A stretch of DNA of 32,448 bases, taken from an uncultured Pirellulaceae bacterium (GTDB lineage: Bacteria > Planctomycetota > Planctomycetia > Pirellulales > Pirellulaceae). This document shows, in pieces, positions 26,518-32,448 of the stretch. The notes beneath the pieces are model-generated. The model saw only the letters and a program-made list of their open reading frames with translations. It ran no database searches and was not told the DNA's origin. The stretch spans positions 1 through 32,448 of the forward strand of contig CAZOXC010000001.1 of NCBI GenBank assembly GCA_964583205.1, in the 5' to 3' direction. Numbering within the stretch: position 1 is the stretch's first letter; each line of letters starts with the position of its first letter. Position numbers and translations under genes: made by a program.

Positions 26518-26964
26518 TTAGTCGGAATTAGATTTGGCCTGCCACTCGGTCCAATAGGCCTGAGCTACATTCTTGAGTTCGTCAATCGACAGCTGGCGAC
26601 CGGAATCGAGCTGCAACAAAAAAGACTCGGATTGCAAATCCAACTGGCCGGTCTCCATAAAGACTCGGCTTCCCCGGTCCAGCTTCTCGGCATTGAGAAC
26701 TCCCAGTTGTTTCTCCTGGATGACCGGCAATCTCTCTTCAGTCGAGTTCGATTCGTACTCCTGATACACGAACTGGCTGCAATCTTGAAGTGTCAGAATG
26801 AACGCGTTGCCCTCATCCGGAATTCTTTCCCGCAAGTACTCCACGGAAATTTGCAGTTGCAACTTGCCAGGAACATGGCCCTGAATTTGTTCAATCGTCC
26901 CGTCGTGGAAGACGTTCCACATATCCGTGAACTCTTGAGACATTTTCTGCCCAAAACGATCCAT
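26518..26964 (-). CDS. Hypothetical acidic protein, translationally coupled to the upstream GNAT gene
   Basis: 148 aa from ATG 26964, with a TGATG overlap with the GNAT stop. Composition is protein-like. The opposite-strand ORF 26503..26970 is Leu/Arg-rich and looks like an antisense artefact. Confidence 0.6.
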   Translation of the reverse strand: MDRFGQKMSQEFTDMWNVFHDGTIEQIQGHVPGKLQLQISVEYLRERIPDEGNAFILTLQDCSQFVYQEYESNSTEERLPVIQEKQLGVLNAEKLDRGSRVFMETGQLDLQSESFLLQLDSGRQLSIDELKNVAQAYWTEWQAKSNSD

Positions 26965-27530
26965 CAATAACCTGGCCCCAGCAAATCAATGTCGCCCTCT
27001 GGCCAATCAGCATTCGCCGGATAGATCATTTCGCACTTGTCCCAGAATGGCCGCTTGTGAGGTTCTTGTTGATCGAAGCTATTCACGAAACGATTTTCGA
27101 TTCGGCGGCAATTCAGTTTCTCGTAGAACTCCTGTACACCAGTTTGGAACAAACAAACAGGTACCAAACCTTCGTCGATTTGCGCGAACGATTTTTCCAC
27201 TACAAGTTTACCTAACCCCAGCCCTCGTTTTTCCGGATCTGTGCAGACGGCCGCCAGCGCCAACACATTAAATTTCTGATCGCCACTTCGAACCTCTCGA
27301 AGAAAAGTCTGCGAGTGAGCAATTATGGTTTGAGGGTCGTCTTCATCCCACACAATAAAGTGACTCATGTCACCATACTGCGAATCATCGCGCTTGGAAT
27401 AATCGAGGACCTTGGCAACCAGTACTTCGTGCGAGTCCGGTTTGGGCCAGACTTTGGTTTTTAACTTGACAATTGAAAGAGCTAATTCTTGATCAAGTTT
27501 AACACCTTTAACAATCTCAACTTGTGGCAT
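26964..27530 (-). CDS. GNAT-family N-acetyltransferase
   Basis: 188 aa with the acetyl-CoA binding motif DPEKRGLGLGKLVVEKSF (R/Q-x-x-G-x-G/A). Confidence 0.75.
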   Translation of the reverse strand: MPQVEIVKGVKLDQELALSIVKLKTKVWPKPDSHEVLVAKVLDYSKRDDSQYGDMSHFIVWDEDDPQTIIAHSQTFLREVRSGDQKFNVLALAAVCTDPEKRGLGLGKLVVEKSFAQIDEGLVPVCLFQTGVQEFYEKLNCRRIENRFVNSFDQQEPHKRPFWDKCEMIYPANADWPEGDIDLLGPGY

Positions 27531-27801
27531 GACTTGTCCTAATAAAATTCGCTTGTCTGTGAGAACAGGCTTTCAACCGGCCGCTCGTTGTCGTCAGTTG
27601 AACGCCTTTGAACGACCTGGCGCAACGAGAACTCCTTGCGATTCAGTGCCTCTGAAAAGTTCATCGGCAGCGAGTGTCACGCCGCTTTGGTAACTCGGCG
27701 ACGGCGTCCCGGGTACCGATTGTACAGTTTGGAAGCCCGAACCGGCGTTTGGGGCTGGGCGGAGTTAACTTGGCCCTTCGAATTGCGGTCTTTTTGAGAT
27801 G

Positions 27802-27818
27802 AAAATGAGGGTCATTTT
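27802..27818. promoter_or_regulatory. Perfect inverted repeat aaaatga-ggg-tcatttt (candidate operator)
   Basis: 7-bp arms with a 3-nt spacer, 60 nt upstream of the acyl-CoA dehydrogenase ATG, in a 347-bp divergent intergenic region. Confidence 0.3.
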
Positions 27819-27877
27819 AGTGTAAAATCTGGTCAAGCCAACGGCGACCAAACGAAAAAATCCAGCGGAACTCAATT

Positions 27878-30001
27878 ATGTTAAAAACCGGCGAATCCGA
27901 TTCATCCAACACCGAATCCATCGAATCGACTACCCCTTCCAGCAACCAGCCGTCCAAAGATGCCGTTGCGATGATCCTGCAACAGGCCGGCAAGTCCGCC
28001 GAGGAAATCGCGGCTCTGTCGACATTGGATGCTGCAGACCGTTCCGCTGAAACCCAGTTCTCTGGCGAAGCGCCAACGATCGCTTCGCTGTTTGGTCAGG
28101 CACAAGCTCGCGAATTTGACGCTGGCAAATTTTCGCCCTCGGCAGAAGTCGCTGAAGTGATGGGCAAATCACTCGACTTCCTGATGGAACACAAAAAGAA
28201 CAACACTCTGTTTGATCTCGACCGCATGTTGTTCCGCGACGAAATCATTTCGGGGCTGGCTGAAGTTGGTTTCTTCGGACTGGCGATTCCAGAACAATAT
28301 GGTGGAAGCGGCGCAAAACTCGGTGACCTTGGCCCCCTGCTCCGCGCTTTAACCTTTGTGCATCCTGACCTGGCCGTGATGTTTGAAGTGCATAACTTCC
28401 TGGGGCCAGTGACTCCGATCCTCGACTTTGGTACCGATGAACAAAAGGAATACTTCCTGCCCAAAATGGCCAAGGGCGAATTGTTGGGCTCGTTCGCTTT
28501 GACCGAGCCAGGAGTTGGTGCTGACCCCAGTCGACTTTCCATGACGGCTCGACTGGAAGGTGACCAGTACGTTATCAACGGTGTGAAATGGCCGATCACC
28601 AACGTGATCTATGGTGGCATTTGCATTCTGATTGTGAAATTGCAAGGCCACGATTTAAAACCGGGTCGCGATTCGGGCATGATCATTTTCGAGGTGCCCA
28701 AGGAAGACAATGACAACTTCCGCATGAAACGAAATGACTTGACCGCATTCGATTTCCTTTGGAACGCTCGATTCCGTTTGATGGATTGTCGAGTCCCCGC
28801 GAAGAATTTGCTGGGACCGCCCAGCAAGGGGCTTGCTCAAGCTTTCAGTTCTCTGGCCAAAGGCCGCGGTGGAATTGGTGTTAACAGCGCCGCCAAGACA
28901 TTCAAATTGCTGGCTCACGTTATCCTCGACCCGGAACTGCGTCGTGAAAATCCAGAGAGTCCGCAGCTCAATGCCAAAGACGGCGAACCCAGCGGAGGTG
29001 GCTGGACTTCATTCCGCTCGACTTTCGGAAAACCGATCGGCAGCTCGCCCCGCATTCAAACCTGGGTCGGTCGAGCGATCTGTCATGGGCTGGCAGGCCG
29101 CATCCTGGGCGACTTGTGCTTCCGCTTGGCCGCCAACGGTGTGCGTGACGAAACGCAAGGCATGATTGCCAAGGTATACGCGACCAAAGGGCTACTGCAA
29201 ACCGCCATCAATTGTTACCAGATTCAAGGCGGACGCTCGGTCCATACCGACGAACGCCGCAAGTATACTCGCGCCACCGCACAGGGCAGCCAATCGCAGA
29301 TGCCCGACAACCCGATCGAAAATTACATCGGCGAAAACATGCACGAGTTCACAATTGCCACCGTATACGAAGGCCCCAACCCGGTACTGGCGGACGTGGG
29401 AGCTCCCAACGCGATGACGCGAAACATTCGTGGCAAATTCCTGGAACCCATCGGCGTTGCCGAAGTGGAAGGTGGTTTCGGTTTGGGACCGAAGGCCAAA
29501 TTCGGTTGGTTTGTGGCTAAATCAGTGATCGGTTCCTTCAATCCCTTCACCGGTTCATTACAAGGCGTTGACGAGTTGTTCACGGACAAGGAATCGTTCA
29601 TCCGCCGCGCCATGCGTCGCAACCGAGCACTCGGAAGAAAGATTCTGTTGATCATTGCCCGTTATCAAAAGTCGTTCATGGACCAGAGTTACCTGTTGGG
29701 AGATGAAGGCGGCGTGTTTGATCAGCTTTGTCACAATCTGGCCTCCATGTGTTTCGCATTGTCGCTCGACAAATCGCAAGACACGAAGGATAACGAATAT
29801 CTGAAAGTCGCGGCCGCACTGGATCTGGAATCGGCGATTCGCATGAAAGGCAAAACAACCACGCCCAAACTGCAAAAGGCCTGGGCCGAGATCGGACAAC
29901 TGGTGATGGATAAAAACTCGCAGTTGCATCGCGATCTGATTGCCGACATTGAAGTATCCGATATCCCTCTCGATCCTCGGTTCATCGATCGATTTATTTA
30001 G
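27878..30001 (+). CDS. Large acyl-CoA dehydrogenase family protein
   Basis: 707 aa. It has the ACAD signature-like block FALTEPGVGADPS and a low-complexity N-terminal region of about 100 aa. It is longer than standard 380-aa ACADs (FadE/AidB-like size class). Confidence 0.75.
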   Translation: MLKTGESDSSNTESIESTTPSSNQPSKDAVAMILQQAGKSAEEIAALSTLDAADRSAETQFSGEAPTIASLFGQAQAREFDAGKFSPSAEVAEVMGKSLDFLMEHKKNNTLFDLDRMLFRDEIISGLAEVGFFGLAIPEQYGGSGAKLGDLGPLLRALTFVHPDLAVMFEVHNFLGPVTPILDFGTDEQKEYFLPKMAKGELLGSFALTEPGVGADPSRLSMTARLEGDQYVINGVKWPITNVIYGGICILIVKLQGHDLKPGRDSGMIIFEVPKEDNDNFRMKRNDLTAFDFLWNARFRLMDCRVPAKNLLGPPSKGLAQAFSSLAKGRGGIGVNSAAKTFKLLAHVILDPELRRENPESPQLNAKDGEPSGGGWTSFRSTFGKPIGSSPRIQTWVGRAICHGLAGRILGDLCFRLAANGVRDETQGMIAKVYATKGLLQTAINCYQIQGGRSVHTDERRKYTRATAQGSQSQMPDNPIENYIGENMHEFTIATVYEGPNPVLADVGAPNAMTRNIRGKFLEPIGVAEVEGGFGLGPKAKFGWFVAKSVIGSFNPFTGSLQGVDELFTDKESFIRRAMRRNRALGRKILLIIARYQKSFMDQSYLLGDEGGVFDQLCHNLASMCFALSLDKSQDTKDNEYLKVAAALDLESAIRMKGKTTTPKLQKAWAEIGQLVMDKNSQLHRDLIADIEVSDIPLDPRFIDRFI

Positions 30002-30174
30002 AGAGCACTTCCAACTCGGCATGCAAAGGCTGGTTGCACACCAGCGTAGAGGTTGGATCGTCTCGATTTTCCCAATCCGGGCTGAAACTCGATCCACCCG
30101 CTCGTTACTCGCTGAAGGTCAATCAGCGATAACTTGAATCAACCAATACAATTCTGAACACTGAATCTAAAACA

Positions 30175-31848
30175 ATGTCAGGAACTCCAATGCGTTTGTG
30201 CCAAATTAGTCTCGCTACACTGCTGACCCTGCTGACTATTCCTTCAGTCTCAGTCTGGAGTCAGCAGGATGGCTACTCGCGGCAGGACCATCTGCGAGGT
30301 TCGATTACTCCCGAACGTGCCTGGTGGGACCTGCGCCACTATACGCTGAACGTGGATGTCTTCCCCGAGACCAAGTCACTGAAAGGTGATTGCACGATTC
30401 GATTCAAGGTTCTGCAAGCGGGTCAGAAAATGCAAATCGACTTGCAGGAACCACTGAAGATTACCGCCATCGATTGGTCCACACAAACAGACTCCGATTT
30501 GAGCTTTGAGCGCGAGGGCAATGTTTACTGGGTCAGCTTTCCGATGGAACTGGCCGAAGGCACTGAGCATTCGGTCAAGGTTTTCTATGAAGGTGTTCCT
30601 GTCGAGAGCACACGTCCGCCATGGAGCGGTGGCTTGACCTGGCAAAAAGACGAAAAAGGCAACGACTTTATCGCAACGACCTGCCAGGGCGATGGAGCAA
30701 GTATGTGGTGGCCCTGTAAAGATCACGGATACGATGAACCGGATGAAGGTGTCACGATGGAAATCACCGTTCCTGAAGATCTGGTGGCAGTCGGCAACGG
30801 CAGGTTAATCGACGAAACTCACAACGAAACCGACAAGCGAAAATCATACCGTTGGCAAGTGACCCATCCGATCAACAATTACTGCGTCAACATGAACATC
30901 GGTAATTACGTGAACTTCTCCGAAACCTTTGAAGGCGAAGGGGGAACACTCGACATGGACTATTGGGTGCTGGCCCATCAAAAAGATCGAGCCCAGGCCC
31001 AGTTCAAAGAAGCGCCTCGCACCATCAAGGCCTTTGAACACTGGTTCGGCAAATATCCGTTTTACGAAGACAGTTTCAAACTGGTTTCTGTGCCCTACCT
31101 GGGAATGGAACATCAAAGTTCGGTAACTTATGGCAATGGTTTCAAGAATGGCTACCGAGGTCGCGACCTGAGTGACACCGGGGTTGGGCTGCTATTCGAT
31201 TTTATTATCGTCCACGAAACCGGGCACGAGTGGTTCGGCAACAACATCTCGATGAAAGATGCCGCAGACATGTGGATTCACGAGAGCTTTACCAATTACT
31301 CCGAAAACCTGTTTGTCGAGTACCATTTCGATGAAGAAAAAGCGCAGGATTATGTGATCGGTTGCCGCCGCAACGTGCAGAACCAGTCGCCCATCATCGG
31401 CGTGTACAACGTCAACCAGCAAGGATCGGGAGACATGTATTACAAGGGCGGAAACATGCTGCATATGATTCGCCACATTATCGATGACACCGACAAGTGG
31501 CGGGAAATTCTACGCGGCCTTAATTCCGAATTCTGGCACCAAACAGTTACCACCGAACAAATTGAAGACTACATCAATCAAAAGTCGGGCGTCGATTTCA
31601 GCAAACTGTTTGATCAATACCTGCGGGAAACAGCGATTCCTGTTTTACGATACACCGTAGACGGAAACACACTTACCTATCACCTGGAAGATGCCGTCGA
31701 CGGTTTTGCCTTCCCAGTCAAGGTCTCCATCAATGGCCAGGAACAATTGATCACACCCAGGGCCCGGCAACAGTCGATCACCTGGGAAGAAGATATCGAG
31801 TCGTTTGAGCTTGACCGGAACTTCTATCTGGAAGTCAAACAAGACTAA
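30175..31848 (+). CDS. M1-family zinc metallopeptidase (aminopeptidase N-like), secreted
   Basis: HETGHEWFGN - 18 residues - E (WIHESF) zinc-binding pattern, a GAMEN-like YLGMEHQS block and a signal peptide. Confidence 0.85.
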   Translation: MSGTPMRLCQISLATLLTLLTIPSVSVWSQQDGYSRQDHLRGSITPERAWWDLRHYTLNVDVFPETKSLKGDCTIRFKVLQAGQKMQIDLQEPLKITAIDWSTQTDSDLSFEREGNVYWVSFPMELAEGTEHSVKVFYEGVPVESTRPPWSGGLTWQKDEKGNDFIATTCQGDGASMWWPCKDHGYDEPDEGVTMEITVPEDLVAVGNGRLIDETHNETDKRKSYRWQVTHPINNYCVNMNIGNYVNFSETFEGEGGTLDMDYWVLAHQKDRAQAQFKEAPRTIKAFEHWFGKYPFYEDSFKLVSVPYLGMEHQSSVTYGNGFKNGYRGRDLSDTGVGLLFDFIIVHETGHEWFGNNISMKDAADMWIHESFTNYSENLFVEYHFDEEKAQDYVIGCRRNVQNQSPIIGVYNVNQQGSGDMYYKGGNMLHMIRHIIDDTDKWREILRGLNSEFWHQTVTTEQIEDYINQKSGVDFSKLFDQYLRETAIPVLRYTVDGNTLTYHLEDAVDGFAFPVKVSINGQEQLITPRARQQSITWEEDIESFELDRNFYLEVKQD

Positions 31849-31878
31849 CGCTCGAAACAGTTCTCATCAACAATCGTC

Positions 31879-32436
31879 ATGAATCGCGAAACCCGGCACC
31901 ACTATTCTGACCCGCTCGATGTCATCTGGATCGAATGCGCCAGGCAGTTCGGGATTGCGATTGAACGCAGTTCGGATGTCTTCGCCTTCTATGATGGCGC
32001 CGGCCTGCTGAATATCGGCACCGCTGATACGCTTGACCCGGATGACTCGCTGGCCCAAATGATCTTTCACGAGCTGTGTCACTTTCTGATTCAAGGTCCC
32101 GAATCCATCCGGCTTCCTGATTGGGGATTGGACAACGACAATCCGCAAGACATTGTTCGCGAACATGCCTGCCTTCATTTGCAAGCCAAGTTGGCTGACA
32201 ATTTTGGGCTGCGAAACTTTTTCGCGACGACCACGGATTTTCGAACTTACTTCAATCAGCTTGATCAGGATCCGCTGCAAAACGATTGCGAAGCGGCTGA
32301 AATTGCCAAGGCAGGATTCGCTCGAGCCACTCATGGCCCAAATGCAAATGCACTCCAGGCAGCTCTGCAGGCCACTTCACAGATCCTCAATATCACTCGC
32401 CCTTTTGCTGACAAGCGATCGCTGTGGACAGTGTAA
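31879..32436 (+). CDS. Hypothetical protein with HExxH motif
   Basis: 185 aa with IFHELCHF. It lies 30 nt downstream of the M1 peptidase on the same strand. I prefer it over the antisense ORF 31867..32334 on composition and gene order. Confidence 0.55.
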   Translation: MNRETRHHYSDPLDVIWIECARQFGIAIERSSDVFAFYDGAGLLNIGTADTLDPDDSLAQMIFHELCHFLIQGPESIRLPDWGLDNDNPQDIVREHACLHLQAKLADNFGLRNFFATTTDFRTYFNQLDQDPLQNDCEAAEIAKAGFARATHGPNANALQAALQATSQILNITRPFADKRSLWTV

Positions 32437-32448
32437 ACGCCCGCTAAG

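Noticed and set aside
1-32448. tRNA, rRNA or tmRNA genes.
   Set aside because: I saw no T-loop/acceptor-like GGTTCGAATCC-type patterns or rRNA-like conserved stretches in the intergenic regions. All large intergenic gaps are accounted for by promoters or leaders.

Overview
A 32.4-kb chromosomal window that looks planctomycete-like. This origin is an inference from gene content: a redoxin/CxxCH/Cu-monooxygenase-like/EF-hand fusion protein, a Tat-signal Gfo/Idh/MocA oxidoreductase, Gly/Tyr-rich secreted orphan proteins, and frequent weak or absent SD sequences. I support 26 full-length protein genes plus 2 leader mini-ORFs. I saw no rRNA, tRNA, CRISPR array, transposase or integrase. Gene order: (1) KamA-like radical-SAM aminomutase; (2) a convergent DUF218 -> HemL-like class-III aminotransferase pair; (3) mtnB plus a 2Fe-2S ferredoxin; (4) a 468-bp leader region with a 14-bp tandem repeat and two consecutive Lys-rich mini-ORF + intrinsic-terminator modules; (5) an alpha-aminoadipate-type operon (homocitrate synthase, homoaconitase large and small subunits, homoisocitrate dehydrogenase); (6) a multidomain secreted redox protein plus an MMPL/RND transporter; (7) mtnD-mtnC-alpha/beta hydrolase; (8) a Tat oxidoreductase; (9) on the minus strand, a type IIB topoisomerase operon top6B-top6A, then a low-GC 2-kb insertion bracketed by 62-bp direct repeats of the top6A 3' end, then an orphan gene; (10) two secreted Gly/Tyr-rich proteins sharing a CP(S/T)GDCG motif; (11) a GNAT + small-protein pair; (12) a large acyl-CoA dehydrogenase; (13) an M1 metallopeptidase and a small HExxH protein. 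The best candidate for something undescribed is the tandem, apparently lysine-sensing leader-peptide attenuator in front of the AAA-type operon. Next come the bacterial topo VI with polybasic tails on both subunits and the repeat-flanked cassette inserted behind it. All calls rest on motif recognition by eye; no searches were run.
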